NCBI GenBank assembly: GCA_963920595.1
Contig: OY986950.1
Location: 3,162,001 to 3,226,000, forward strand
Source of the DNA: Eimeria praecox
Taxonomy: Eukaryota
Direction of reading: 5' to 3'
Length of the DNA stretch: 64,000 nt
How positions within the stretch are numbered: the first letter of the stretch is position 1; each line of letters starts with the position of its first letter. Under the pieces are notes generated by a model that worked only from the letters and a program-made list of their open reading frames with translations, did no database searches and was not told the DNA's origin. Shown here in pieces: positions 38,285 to 51,970 of this stretch. A program made the translations under genes and the position numbers.

Positions 38285-39793
38285 ATGACGATCGACATTA
38301 ATTTGCTGCGGGAGGAGAAGGGAGGCTGTCCAGAGAAGGTAGCAGAGAGTGAGCGACGTCGAGGTAGAGATCCATCTGTAGTTAATGAACTGGTGGCTGC
38401 TGATAAGAAATGGCGCGAAGCAACATACAACATGGAGCAGGGGCGGAAAGATTTGAATGCTGTGAATAAGGAGATAGGACAGCGTAAGAAAGCAGATCCT
38501 AAAGCTCCCTGTGATGATTTGGTATCTAAGACGACAGCAATCAAGCAGAAACTACAAGATTTGGAGGCAGAGGCTGCAGAAGCCGCACAGACTCGTGATC
38601 GGCTTCTGAGGGGTATAGGCAACATAGTACATGATTCTGTGCCTGTAAGCAACGATGAAGCAAATAATAAAATTGTAAGAACGTGGGGAACACCAAACAA
38701 GATGGTTATCGATGGAACGCCAGGAAGGCTGCATCATCATGAAGTTCTTGCTCGTTTACAAGGTGTTGATTTCAAGAAAGGCGTAGAGGTTGCTGGTCAT
38801 AGAGGATATTATCTTAAAGGCCCTGCAGTTATGTTAAATTATGCTCTCATACAATATGGCCTTAGTTTCCTAATGAAGAAGGGTTATTTGCCTGTTCAAC
38901 CCCCGTATTTTCTTCGAAAATCTGTGATGGCGGCAGCAGCAGAGTTGAAAGACTTCGAAGAAACTCTTTATCGTATACCTCATGACAGCAGCCAACAACA
39001 ACAGCAGCAGCAGCAACAGCAGCAACAGCAGCAGCAGCAGCAGCAGCAGAAGAGTGGAGGGAAGCAAGGAGGTAAGAGTGGTTGTGTATCTTCTCAACAA
39101 CAACAACAACAACAAGAGAATGAACGCGATGATTTATTTATGATAGCTACAAGCGAACAACCTCTGTGTGCTTTACATATGCATGAAAGATTAGAGGAGA
39201 AGCAATTGCCTTTACGATATGCAGGAACAAGTACATGTTTTAGAAAAGAAGCTGGGGCTCATGGTAAGGATTGTTGGGGTATATTTCGTGTTCATCAATT
39301 TGAGAAGATTGAACAGTTTTGTGTCTGTACACCCGAAACATCATGGGATATGCATGAAGAAATGATTTCTACAGCAGAAGAATTCTATCAAAGTTTAGAT
39401 ATACCATACAGAATTGTTGCTATCGTCTCGGGGGCATTAAATGATGCAGCAGCAAAGAAGTATGATTTAGAGGCATGGTTCCCAGGATATAATGATTATA
39501 GAGAACTTGTATCTTGTAGTAATTGTACAGATTATCAATCCAGAGAATTTGAAATTAGATTAGGATATAAGAAAGATATACATACTACTAATACTACTAC
39601 TGATAGTAAACCCTTCGTACATTTATTAAATGCCACACTTGTCGCTACTCAAAGATGTATTTGTTGTATTTTAGAAAATTATCAAACACCTGATGGTGTA
39701 CGAGTCCCGAGGGCCCTCATCCCGTATATGGGGGGACAGGAGTTCTTACACTATCCCTCACAGGCAGAAGACAGCAGCAAACGCGAAGCGTAA
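38285..39793 (+). CDS. SerRS: Cytosolic seryl-tRNA synthetase (class II), single exon, ~502 aa
   Basis: MTIDINLLREEKGG start, N-terminal coiled-coil arm, IGNIVHDSVPVS, IATSEQPL, motif 2 CFRKEAGAHGKDCWGIFRVHQFEKIEQF, KKYDLEAWFP, ELVSCSNCTDYQS, motif 3 HLLNATLVATQR...ILENYQ. Confidence 0.98.
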   Translation: MTIDINLLREEKGGCPEKVAESERRRGRDPSVVNELVAADKKWREATYNMEQGRKDLNAVNKEIGQRKKADPKAPCDDLVSKTTAIKQKLQDLEAEAAEAAQTRDRLLRGIGNIVHDSVPVSNDEANNKIVRTWGTPNKMVIDGTPGRLHHHEVLARLQGVDFKKGVEVAGHRGYYLKGPAVMLNYALIQYGLSFLMKKGYLPVQPPYFLRKSVMAAAAELKDFEETLYRIPHDSSQQQQQQQQQQQQQQQQQQQKSGGKQGGKSGCVSSQQQQQQQENERDDLFMIATSEQPLCALHMHERLEEKQLPLRYAGTSTCFRKEAGAHGKDCWGIFRVHQFEKIEQFCVCTPETSWDMHEEMISTAEEFYQSLDIPYRIVAIVSGALNDAAAKKYDLEAWFPGYNDYRELVSCSNCTDYQSREFEIRLGYKKDIHTTNTTTDSKPFVHLLNATLVATQRCICCILENYQTPDGVRVPRALIPYMGGQEFLHYPSQAEDSSKREA

Positions 39794-40031
39794 ACCCCCA
39801 TCCTCCTCCTCCTCCTCCTCCTGCTGCTGCTGCTGCTGTTTATCTGCTGCTGCTGCTGTTGTTGTTGTTGTTGTTATTGCTGTTGTCTGTTTGAATACAT
39901 GCAGCGTGTGCTCCTGGCTGCAGCTAAACACAGCCAGCCTGCGGCTGCTGCTGCAGCAGCAGCAGCAGCAGCAAGAGCACTTCCTGCTGCTGCTGCAGCA
40001 GCAGCAGCAACTGCAGCAGCAGCAGCAACTG

Positions 40032-40067
<36 letters not shown>

Positions 40068-40340
40068 AACAATCAGTTCTCAACTTCTGCGGGCATGCAT
40101 TGTTTTGTTTTTAAAATATTTGTTTAAATAGAGTTTATCTCCTTCGAAGTTGCTAGTCATACACCTTTATAATAATAATAATAATAAATAATAATATAAA
40201 TAATAATATTTATATTATTATAATTATAATGTAATTATAAATTATTTATAATTATAACACAGGATGTCTTATCTTACATACAGCCCCTCATTATGTTACA
40301 TCTTTAATTTAAATGTAGTAGATGCTTAGATTAAATTAAA

Positions 40341-40415
<75 letters not shown>

Positions 40416-40976
40416 TTAATTCAATTTAATTGAATACAAGTGTACGGAGTATATTTTTAATTTGAAGTTAAGTGTGTGTTTGAGTTTAATTGTTTGTATG
40501 TTTGAAGTAGATGAAAGATGTATTTGAACTAAGTATTATGTGTTCAAATATAATTAAATAGACTAATTAAATTAAATTAAATTAAATTAAATTAAATCAA
40601 ATTAAATTAAACTATTATAATAGGTAAATAAACAGGGATATTTATACTTAAGTGGTCTGTCTAGTAGACAAGTGTTGAAGGAGAGAGGCCTCACCAAAAG
40701 AATATGTTAAGGAGAAACACCAAAACAAACAAAACAAACAAAACAAACAAAATTAATTGAGAGATACTGCAAAGAAGGAGACTAGTTGCATATATTTCAG
40801 GTGTATATACACCTCAGATTGTGTATTTGTCCTCCTTCAAGAGAAACTAAAAACTATCAAACTTTCAACTACCTCTTCTTTAGTTTTTCTTCTTCTTTGT
40901 ATTTATTCCTAATATCTCATAAATGTATATCCTAATACACTCGCTATCATGAAGGAAGGCTGTGGTGTATGCACAG

Positions 40977-41075
<99 letters not shown>

Positions 41076-41242
41076 GATTTCTAATACGTGTGTATCTGTT
41101 AATCTATCATATTTGTAAGAATTTGTCTGTTTAAGAAAATACAGAAAACCCAAGAAATAAACGCAAAGACCTCCTCAGACAAACAGCCAGAAACCAAGAG
41201 CCGGCTCCCCCAGGGTCTGCTGCTGCAGCAGCCTAGCAGCAT

Positions 41243-41278
<36 letters not shown>

Positions 41279-41472
41279 CAACAGCAGCAGCAGCAACATC
41301 AGCAGCATCAGCAGCACCATCAGCAGCACCATCATCAGCATCCTTCTTCTGTCTCCTTCTTCTCTTCTTCCTCTTCCTCATGAGAAGCCTTCTCCCTCTT
41401 CCTTAAAAAGAACTAAATATAATATAATATAATATAATATAATATAATATAATATAATATAATATAATATAA

Positions 41473-41722
41473 TTAGAGAGAAGCAAAGGGGCATATAGGC
41501 CCTGCATCAGGATGAGCGAAGTCAGATACAACTACTGTCCCCGTAGAACAAAGCTGCAATGCCTTCCACTCTGTCAAAGCCCAGGCATTAACTTTCTCTC
41601 TCAACCATACAATACTACGAAGAGGTAGAAGAGGATACACCCGAACACCAACAGGCCACCAATCATAAACACCCTCACCTGTTAATATACTCTTGCTCCT
41701 CCCCCTCATCCTCCTCCTCCTC

Positions 41723-41763
<41 letters not shown>

Positions 41764-41923
41764 AGGGTTGATGCTGCTGCTGCTGCTGCTAGGGATGTTG
41801 CTAGGGATGTTGCTTGAGAGGCTGCTGCTAGGGTTGATGCTGCTGCTGCTGCTGCTAGGGTTGGTGCTGCTGCTGCTGCTGCTAGGGGTGCTGGTGCTAC
41901 TCGGGATGCTGCAGCTGCTAGGA

Positions 41924-41955
<32 letters not shown>

Positions 41956-41960
41956 AGGGA

Positions 41961-41993
<33 letters not shown>

Positions 41994-42515
41994 TGCTGGT
42001 GTCCCTGTAGGCTGGCGAGGTCGTCAGCGCAGATATGTTTGCTGCTGTTTGAGTAGGAAGCCCTTCTCTTCCCCCAGCAGCAACAGTTGCTGCTGCTGCT
42101 ATCTGTGCTGCTGCTGCTGCTTTCTTTTCTTCTTCTTCTTCTGCTGCTGCAGCAGCAGCAGCAACTGCTGCTGCTGCTGCTGCATAATATCTCCGTCTTC
42201 TTTGTTTTTCTATCCACCATAGAACAATTTTTTTATATGTTTTGATTGCTTCTCTCTTTCTTGTTTCTTCTGTTGCTCGTTGCTGCTGCTGTTGCCTCCA
42301 TTCTGTTGCTGCAGGTTCATAGAATGCTTGAATAGGACGACAAGACATATCTGCTGCTTCTCTTGCTGCTGTTGTCTTCAACCAACATCTTCCTGTTCTA
42401 CGACGAGCAATTGCTGCCTCATCATAGATATCTACAGCAGCAGCAGCTGTTGCTGCTTCGCCCTTTTCTTCCTCCTCTAAACTAGCGGGATACACAGGAG
42501 CAACAGCAACACCAC

Positions 42516-42550
<35 letters not shown>

Positions 42551-43337
42551 GCAGCAGTGCGGGGAGCACGAGATGCAACAGAAACCCCACAACCAGCAGC
42601 AGCAGCAGCAGCACCTCCAGCACCAGCAGCAGCATTCCCTCCAGCAGCAGCACCACCAGCAGCAGCAGCAGCAGCAGCAGCACCAGTATTCCCTCCTGCA
42701 GCAAGACCACCACCACCAGCAGCAGCAGCAGCAGCAGCAGCACCATCATCATCATCTTCTTCTTCTTCTTCAGCAGCAGCAGCATCAGTTTCTTCTTCCT
42801 CACGCGCCTCTTCACATTTTATTCTATCAATATCAAACACCAGCCAATCAGCGAGGGATCGTTTGAAGGGATTTAAGTGTGGGGCCCGAGGAGGGAACCC
42901 GCCTCTACCCCACACCGCATCAAACTCTCCTCCTTCATCTTCAGCACAGAGTACAGACAATAAACCTTTTGAACTAAACTCTGCAAAGAATGCGCTCTTA
43001 GGAACTGTATATACACCGCACACATGCAGACGACGAACGCCACACACAGACATACTCGATGGGCTGCTGCTGCTGCTGCTGCTGTTGTTGTTGTTGGTGT
43101 TGGTGTTGTTGTTGGTGTTGTTGTTGGTGTTGGTGTTGGTGTTGTTGTTGTTGGTGTTGGTGTTGGTGTTGTTGCTGTTGTTGCTGGTGGTGGTGGTGTT
43201 GTTGTTGTTGCTGCTGGTGTTGGTGTTGTTGTTGTTGTTGCTGTTGTTGTTGTTGGTGGTGGTGTTGTTGTTGTTGCTGTTGTTGTTGTTGTTGTTGCTG
43301 GTGTTGTTGTTGTTGTTGCTGCTGCTGGTGTTGTTGT

Positions 43338-43368
<31 letters not shown>

Positions 43369-43421
43369 TGAGGCACTGCTGCTGCTGCTGTTATTGATAC
43401 GACTGCTCGGTGCATTGATCG

Positions 43422-43464
<43 letters not shown>

Positions 43465-43595
43465 ATCAGCAGTCGTGTAGGGTTGGTTTGTATGCAGTGA
43501 AGCTTCTCCCTCTTGAGGCCTGCTGCTGCTGCTGTCCCTGCTGCTGCTGCATCTGCTGCTACCAGCAGCAGCGTCGTTGTCGCTGCTGTGGTTGC

Positions 43596-43627
<32 letters not shown>

Positions 43628-43749
43628 TCGTTGTTGCTGCTGCTGCTGCTGCTGTCTGGTCTGCTTCTGTTTGCTCCCAAGGAGCTACTCCTTCGGGATC
43701 CTGTGTGTGTAGTCATCGACTCCATCCTTGACAGGCCAGTGAGGCAGCA

Positions 43750-43785
<36 letters not shown>

Positions 43786-43917
43786 AGCCGGGTTGCCCTG
43801 CTGCTGCAGCAGCAACTGTGGCACTTCGGGGCCAACCTCAAGAGGGGAGACGGTTCTCTCTCTACGGGATTCAAATATTTGAGAATCGCGTGCTGCTGCT
43901 GCTGCTGCTGCTGCTGT

Positions 43918-43953
<36 letters not shown>

Positions 43954-44328
43954 ATCAGGTGCAGGCGCTGCAGCACCAGCAGCAGTGGCAGGGGGATCTT
44001 GGAGAACAGCTGCTGCGGCCCGCTCTGCTGCTGCTGCTGCTGCTGTTGAAATTGCTGCTGCAGCAGCATCCGCCGTTGAAGGAGCCTTATCCACAGCTGC
44101 AGCAGCAGCAGGAACTGCTGCTTCAAACAAGGCAGCAGCAGCAGCAGCAGCAGCAGAAAGAGCAGCAGTTGTTACTCCTGCAGCAGCAGCAGCAGCAGCA
44201 GAAAGAGCAGCAGTTGTTACTCCTGCAGCAGCAGCAGCAGCAGCAGCAACAGCAGGCGCGCCCCTGGGATCGGGCGCAGCAGGCACAGCAGCCGTTTCAT
44301 CTCTAGCAGCAGCAGCAGCAGCAGCAGG

Positions 44329-44359
<31 letters not shown>

Positions 44360-44710
44360 GCGCGGTGTTGAGGCATGTCGAGCCTCCGTGTCTTGTGAAC
44401 TGTTTCATCGCCAAAGCATTGGCTCACAGGGGCTGCTGCTGCTTCTGCTGCTGCTGCTTCTGCTGCTTCTGCTGCTGCTGCTTCTGCTGCTGCTGCTTCT
44501 GCTGCTGCTGCTTCTGCTGCTGCTGCTTCTGCTGCTGCTGCTTCTGCTGCTGCTGCTTCTGCTGCTGCATCTGCTTCTGCTGCTGCTGCTGGCTCTGCTG
44601 GTGCTGGTTCCCTCTCCTCAGCAGCAGCAACAGCCGCATCACCAGTAGCATCAGCATCCCGATGAGCAGCAGCAGCAATATCAGCTGCTGCTGCTGCTGC
44701 AGCAGCAGCT

Positions 44711-44753
<43 letters not shown>

Positions 44754-45055
44754 TGTGTCTTTCCTTGAGGACATACGAAACTTTCTGCATGAATGGTTGT
44801 TGCTCTGTCTGCGTATTATTATATTGTCTACAATAAATTAATATTTGCTGCCACAGACTGTGAGGGTCAGAGCATTCCCAATCTGGGGGAGATAGTTGCA
44901 TCTGCTTCTGCTTCTGTCTCCTTGCTCGTAGAGAAGAGAGAGAGGGGGCCTCGATCTTCCATAGAAGCAGCAACTGCTGCTGTTGGGGATACAATTGCTG
45001 CAACACATGCTGCTCTTGCTGCTCTTGCTCCTGTGGTTGCTCTTGATGCCCGCTA

Positions 45056-45109
<54 letters not shown>

Positions 45110-45209
45110 GGGTGTATACGGCGGCAGAGGGTGAGGAGGCCGTGACAAGAGAGCGAAATTCTATGGATCCACCACGATCCTAAGGAAGGTATGATGGCTA
45201 TACACCCTA

Positions 45210-45242
<33 letters not shown>

Positions 45243-45851
45243 CAGCAGCAGCAGCAGCTGTGTCCTCTTCTTCTTCTGCCTCTGATAGAAAAGGAGACAT
45301 ATGCGTGCTGCTGCGTGAGCTTCTGCCGCTGCTGCTGGTGCCATCAGGATGTTGCTGCTGTCGCTGCAGCAGCAGCATTTGCTGCTGCTGTTGTATTCGA
45401 TCCCACGCAGCAGCAATATCAGGATCGTGTTCTGGTGCTCGTGCTGCTGCTGCTGCAGCAGCAGCAGCAGCAGTTTCTTTCAAAGGGAAGGCAGCAGAAT
45501 GCCATATACGTACTGTTCCTCCAACATCAAGAGAAGCTAAGTAGTAGTCTTCTATGTTTCTATTATCTGTTTGTTGTCGAACACGTAGTAGAGGCTGTTG
45601 ATGCCCTCTAAGAGTGTACACAAGACGAGCTGAGGGCCTCGTTGTGGGGCCCTCTCTTCCTCCTCCTCCTCCTCCTCCTGCTGCTGCTGCTGCTGCAGCA
45701 GCAGCAGCAGCAGCAGCAGACCATACCAGCAAACGCCTACTCTTTCCTGAATGCCAAGTAATTAAATGACGACATCGAAGCCTGCAGCATTGAATGCTGC
45801 ACTGTAGTTCTTTATCGTTGCACCGTCGCGAAGCAAACAGGCCCCCATCAA

Positions 45852-45905
<54 letters not shown>

Positions 45906-46597
45906 TGCTGTTGCTGTTGCTCCATCCATCCCAACATCCTCGGGCTTCACATGCATCTTCACATCTCTCAGCGCCATTAAGATGACAGAAGCAACCACAT
46001 ATATCTTTCCGCTGCTGTTGCTGCTGCTGCTGCTGTTGCTGTTGCTGCTGCTGCTGCTGCTGCTGTTGTTTTTGTTTTTGGTGTCTACGTTGCTGCAGCA
46101 AGTGCGAGTTAACAGGTTTATGTAGAGGTCTCCCGCAGCATACAGCCCCAGCCCAACAGAAATCAAAATATTCCTCCAGGTGTACAGGGGGCCCCGCTAT
46201 TCTCTCTCCTCTCCAGAAAGCTCTCCTCTGCTGCTGCTGCTGCTGCTGCATCGATAAGAGGGGTATAGTCCCTAAATGCTGCAGCAAGAACAGAGGTTTC
46301 AAACTTTCGCTATCAAAGAAGAATGCACATGTCCTTGATATAAATACGAATTGTTTACTACGATGACATACATCTAACGGCATAGGTGATGCTGCTGCTG
46401 CTGCTGCTGCTGCATCTAGACCTAAATATATTTGTTTTATTAATAAACCTGATGCTAAACAAAATACATGAAGAAGACCATTCACAAAAGAAAAGATATG
46501 AGTACGGCTCGCTACTACGTGGCACCGAGTTCGCCACCCTTGAGCCGATCCAAATGTCTCTGAAAACATTAAACCCCCAAGCATAAAGCCCCCTCCT

Positions 46598-46647
<50 letters not shown>

Positions 46648-46795
46648 TTGTTGTTGTTGTTGATCCGGATTCGGATCCTGCTGCTGTTGTTGCTGCTGTT
46701 GCTGTTGCTGCAGTTGCGGATTCTGCTGCTGCTGCTGCTGTTGTTGCTGTTGCTGCTGTTGTTGTTGTCGTTGCTGTCCCTGATCCTGTCCTTGT

Positions 46796-46843
<48 letters not shown>

Positions 46844-47200
46844 TGCTGGTTGTGTGTCTGTTCATGAGGGAGAGGAGTAGTCCATAGAAGCGAGCCTTTA
46901 TCAAGATCAACACATTGTAGCAACACACCATTGCACCATATTAATTTTCTGCTGTCTAGGGAGATACACATACCTCCTTCTATTGTAATATCTGCAGGCC
47001 TTTCTAATATATTTTTGATAACCAGCCTATGTGCTATTCCTCCTTTTATATTCTTCATTAACATACAAACACGAAAATATAATATCTTCCACGAAAAATC
47101 TTCTAAACCCAAATTAAAAAAAACAGAAGAAGAAATCGTTGAACCAGATGTAGAGAGACATCCTCCTGTCGATCCCACATCATACCTACTCCTCCTCCTC

Positions 47201-47232
<32 letters not shown>

Positions 47233-47245
47233 GCTGCTGCTGCTG

Positions 47246-47287
<42 letters not shown>

Positions 47288-47886
47288 GTGGATAGGGTCA
47301 TACAGCCTCCTCCTGTAATGTGGCAGGAGCATGGTGGCCCTCCAGATATATTTAGAGCAGCAGGGAGGCTTTCGTATCTTCTAACAAAATCTGAGATAAT
47401 ACGATGACGCCACAAACCGTCCCAGACCCCACCGATCCCACGAAGGAGACGGCAACTCCCCTCTAAATTTAATAAATCAATAGCAGGGAGAAAACGAGCA
47501 ATACGAAGCAACAACCAACGAGGAAGTTGAAGCAATAAAGATTTATTTATATCTTCTGATGTATCCACAACAAAGGAAACATCTTTGAAATATCTTGAAG
47601 ATACAGAAAAACATCCTGATGCTGTTGGTGTTGTTGTTGCTGCTGCTGCTGTTGGTGGTGGTGGTGGTGCTGCTGCTGCTGTTGGTGTTGTTGTTGCTGC
47701 TGCTGCTGTTGGTGTTGGTGTTGTTGTTGCTGCTGCTGCTGCTGTTGGTGGTGGTGGTGGTGGTGCTGCTGCTGTTGGTGTTGTTGTTGCTGCTGCTGTT
47801 GGTGTTGTTGTTGCTGCTGCTGCTGTTGGTGTTGTTGTTGCTGCTGCTGCTGCTGTTGGTGTTGTTGTTGCTGCTGCTGCTGTTGT

Positions 47887-47918
<32 letters not shown>

Positions 47919-47937
47919 CTGCTGCTGGTGGTGCTGC

Positions 47938-47969
<32 letters not shown>

Positions 47970-48024
47970 CGGGTGAGCAGGGAGGAGTTTCTGCTGCTGG
48001 CGTTTCTTGGGAGATAGCAGACAT
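41473..48024 (-). CDS. F-box protein with WD40/beta-propeller-like repeats, intronless, ~2183 aa, heavily interrupted by homopolymers
   Basis: 6.5 kb ORF. F-box LLQLPRWLLLRIARFLPAIDLLNLEGSCRLLR...LWRH (~47405-47540). WD repeat VYTLRGHQQPLLRV...LASLDVGGTVRIWH (~45497-45625). Other beta-strand-like segments include VLLQCVDLDKGSLLWT and LLHVFCLASGLLIKQI. First ATG is at 48024. Confidence 0.8.
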
Positions 48025-49404
48025 CGCAGCAGAACAACCTGCGTGTGTGTGTTGATGATAGGTAGATAATGGTGGGATAGAGTATAAATAATAATATAAA
48101 AACAATTAAATATTTAAATACGAAAGAGAAGAAAGAAAGAAGAGAAGGACTCCTTGTAAGATTGTGTAGGGTGCTGCTGCTGCTGCTGCAGCAGCAGATA
48201 TACTCTCTTCCTTCAATTACGAAGATATATTTATAATATATAAAAACAAAATATAAAACAAACAGAAAACAACAGAACACAGAGAATTTGATGTCGCCTG
48301 AAGACGACAGAGTTTATTTGTTTATGTTTTCTATGTATTTATTTTGAAAGATATTCAAAAATGACACAATAAGAAACCAAAAAAAGAAGAAAACAAGAAA
48401 TGTTTTGTTTTCTGAGGTGTATGTACAGACAAATCGGATAAATAAAAACATAAATAAACATAAAAATAAATAAATAAATACATAAACATAAAAATAAATA
48501 AATAAAAGAAGAATGATGCCGGTAACAAATGGAGAAAGGGAGGCGAATTCTTCTTCTAAATTTGAAGCAAACTTAAAATATCTTTCTTTTTTAATTTTAA
48601 TTTAATATTAATTTGATTTAATAATTAATTTATATTTTTTCAAAGAATAAAACAAAAAAGAAAGATAATATCGTGTGTTAACTGACAACGAGTGGACCTG
48701 ACCACTGGTCTGTGTGGCTGGTTCTATGGAGATAATGTGGGGTACCTTGTTCTTTTTTTCTGAAAAAAGTAAAAATAAACCCTCAAAAACAATTCTAAAT
48801 TAATAATAATAATAATAATAATAATAAAAACAAAAAAACAAATACTTTGTACACGCAGCATGAAGCCAGAGGCTGCCGCTCACTCGTGTAGCCTGAGCGG
48901 GAAGGTAGTAGTTCTTCTGTTGAATATCTGTGAAGAAATCTGTTAAATAATTGAAAATATATATAAATAAATAATTAAATTTGAATTTAATTATTTATTT
49001 ATATATATATTTAATTATATAACGCCAAAATAACAGAAAATATAAAAAAATTCCTACAAACGTTATATCTACTACCCCGACACCAGCCCCCCTACCACCA
49101 GCAACAGCTGAAGTGTATGGGCGAGATCAACAAATTAAATTAAATTATATATATTATAAATTATATATTATAAATATTATATATATATAATATAATATAT
49201 ATAATATATAGAAATATATACAAAAAAATATATAATTTATAATATATATATCATATATATATTATAAATTATATATTTTTTTGTTTATTTTTGTTTTTAT
49301 TTCTTAGTTTACATATTTTTATATTTATTTGTTTTTATTTCTTCTGTTTTGTTTCCTATTTAACAGCAGGCACACACTCACCACCCCCGCGCTGCTGTCG
49401 AGCT

Positions 49405-49539
<135 letters not shown>

Positions 49540-49901
49540 GTGTTAAAAGAAAAGAAAGGAAGACAGCAAAGAGTATGACGTTATTTATCTTTTTTTGTTT
49601 GTTTCTTCTTTGTTTATTTACTTTTTTTTGTTTATTTACTTTTCTTCTTTTTTCTTCTTCTTAATTTGGCTCTGGAGGCTTAGAATTATGTCGTAGGTAT
49701 CTTTCTGTTTGTTTCTCTCTGTTGTTTATTCTTGTGTCTGCGATATATAATATAAATATATAAATATAAATAAAAACAAAGAAGAAAGATAAAAAGAAAA
49801 AAGAAAAAGTCTATCAAGGTCTTTTGTGTCTATTTCCCTCACCTCCTCTCCCTCTGTTTGTTATTCTGTTGTTGCTAACAAACAGCCCGAGTTCTGAACA
49901 G

Positions 49902-49943
49902 CTAGGGTTTAGGGTTTAGGGTTTAGGGTTTAGGGTTTAGGGT
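49902..49943. repeat. Telomere-like (TTTAGGG)n array downstream of RPB8
   Basis: About six heptamers read directly from the sequence. Confidence 0.9.
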
Positions 49944-50108
49944 GGCATATAAACCCCTGCACTGTCTATGTTTTCCTGTACTTGCATATATTTCTCTCTC
50001 TGTCTCTCTCTCTCTCTGTCTGCTACAATCTCTCCACCACTACAAACAAACTAATTAGATATATCAAATTAATTAATTAATTAAATTAATTAATTAATTA
50101 ATTAATAT

Positions 50109-51684
50109 CTAATCAACAAGAGAATCTGGAGAGCGTTTAACAAGAAGATAAACCCTCATATCTAATTCTAAATCACCAACAACATGTTTATCGGCAGCAA
50201 GAGACATAAGTAATCCCCCGAAAGATAAGTACAAAGTCCTGAAACAGACACAATAAATAAATATATAATTAATTAACAAATAATACAAACAAAACAAACA
50301 AAATATTTTTATTACTACAATCAAAAATAAATAAACTCAAAAATAAAAAGAAAAACGCAAAAACAAGAAAAAATGAAGTTGATACACACACAAATAATAA
50401 TTATATTATATATTATTATTTAATTATAATTATAACTATTATTATAATTATAATTATAATTATAATTATAATTATAATTATAATTATAATTATAATTATA
50501 ATTATAATTATAATTATAATTATAATTACTAGAATTATTATAATTATTATAATTATTATAATTATTATAATCATTATTACTATTATTATTATTACTATAA
50601 TAATATTATTATTATTACTACTATTAGAATAATAATTATTATAATAATTATAACAATACTGTATTATTATCATTTGAATTTGAATTTTCATTCTTATAAT
50701 AATAATTATTATTATAATTATATATACTTATGTTTGTTTATACCTTGTATTCCTACAATTATAATTATAATTATAATTATAATTATAATTATAATTATAA
50801 TTATAATTATAATTATAATTATAATTATAATTATAATTATAATTATAATTATAATTATAATTAGAATTACAATTATAATTATAATTACAATTACAATTAT
50901 AATTGTAGGAATACAAGATATAAACAAACATAACTATATAATTATAATTATAATTATAATTATAATTATAATTATAATTATAATTATAATTATAATTATA
51001 ATTATAATTATAATTATAATTATAATTACAATTACAATTATAATTATAATTACAATTATAACTATAACTATAATTATAATTATAATAATAATAATAATTA
51101 TATAATTATAATTAAGACACTACTACTACTACTCCTACTACTCCTTAATATCTAAACGAACTCACCTTCTCTCTGACGACGTATCTTCTAACTTGAACAC
51201 TTTCCCATACATAACATAATCATACGCACTTAAGATTTGGGGATCCCCGGATCGATCGTCCTTACGTTCAGAGCCAGAAAGAGTATTTGTGAGGCCAATG
51301 TGAAGACCCTGCGAGGTTTATAACAAACACCACCTGTACATACACCTCAGATCCAACAGATCCTTCATACACTTGCTCAAACTGTACAGTGCAATAACAT
51401 ACTCACCAAGATGAAGAAAAATAAAGAGAAAATCATACAAAAACACAGAATATATATATATATATATATATACATCTATATATATGTATGTATATATAGA
51501 TAGATATAGATAGATATAGATATAGATATAGATATAGATATAGATATAGATATAGATATAGATATAGATATAGATATAGATATAGATATAGATATAGATA
51601 TAGATATATAGATATAGATATATAGATATTTATAGATATATAACTCTATGTACATCTACATATGCATATATCTACATATCTGCA

Positions 51685-51737
<53 letters not shown>

Positions 51738-51970
51738 CTCCCTCTCTCTATCTCTCTCTCTATCTATCTATCTCTCCCTCTCTCTATCTCTCTCTCTACA
51801 TATATCCTAACCTGCTTCTCCGCCACCGGCAGGAGTTGATTATGAACATCTAGGATCAGATCTGCATCGAGTCCCGAGCTCTTGGCTCTAATTCTACTAA
51901 CATGTTCAAATTTACTGTTATCTACGTTTCTTATCGTAAATCGATCTTCAAATAAACAAGGAATCGACAT
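50109..51970 (-). CDS. RPB8: DNA-directed RNA polymerases I/II/III shared subunit RPABC3, 3 exons, 143 aa
   Basis: Exons 51970-51812, 51308-51166, 50238-50109 give [13 protein letters not shown]...FEHVSRI...[12 protein letters not shown]...[12 protein letters not shown]...[12 protein letters not shown]...[14 protein letters not shown] and SFGGLLM are RPB8 signatures. Confidence 0.96.
50415..51113. repeat. (AATTAT)n self-complementary hexamer arrays in RPB8 intron 2
   Basis: Three blocks of ATAATT repeats around a unique inverted repeat. Confidence 0.95.

Noticed and set aside
41099..41400. Short ORFs downstream of the F-box gene
   Set aside because: Mostly CAG repeat with no supportable start or splice chain. 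Probably UTR or intergenic.
42557..43480. Antisense poly-L/poly-C/poly-V ORFs here and across the window
   Set aside because: Shadow frames of CAG/AAC repeats in real genes. Triplet repeats lack stop codons.
48862..48918. GC-rich hairpin (CCGCTCA...TGAGCGG) in AT-rich DNA upstream of the F-box gene
   Set aside because: A single short stem with no recognisable ncRNA boxes. Compatible with chance or ordinary promoter/UTR sequence.
50416..51105. Poly-Ile and NY ORFs
   Set aside because: Translation of the (AATTAT)n satellite in an RPB8 intron.
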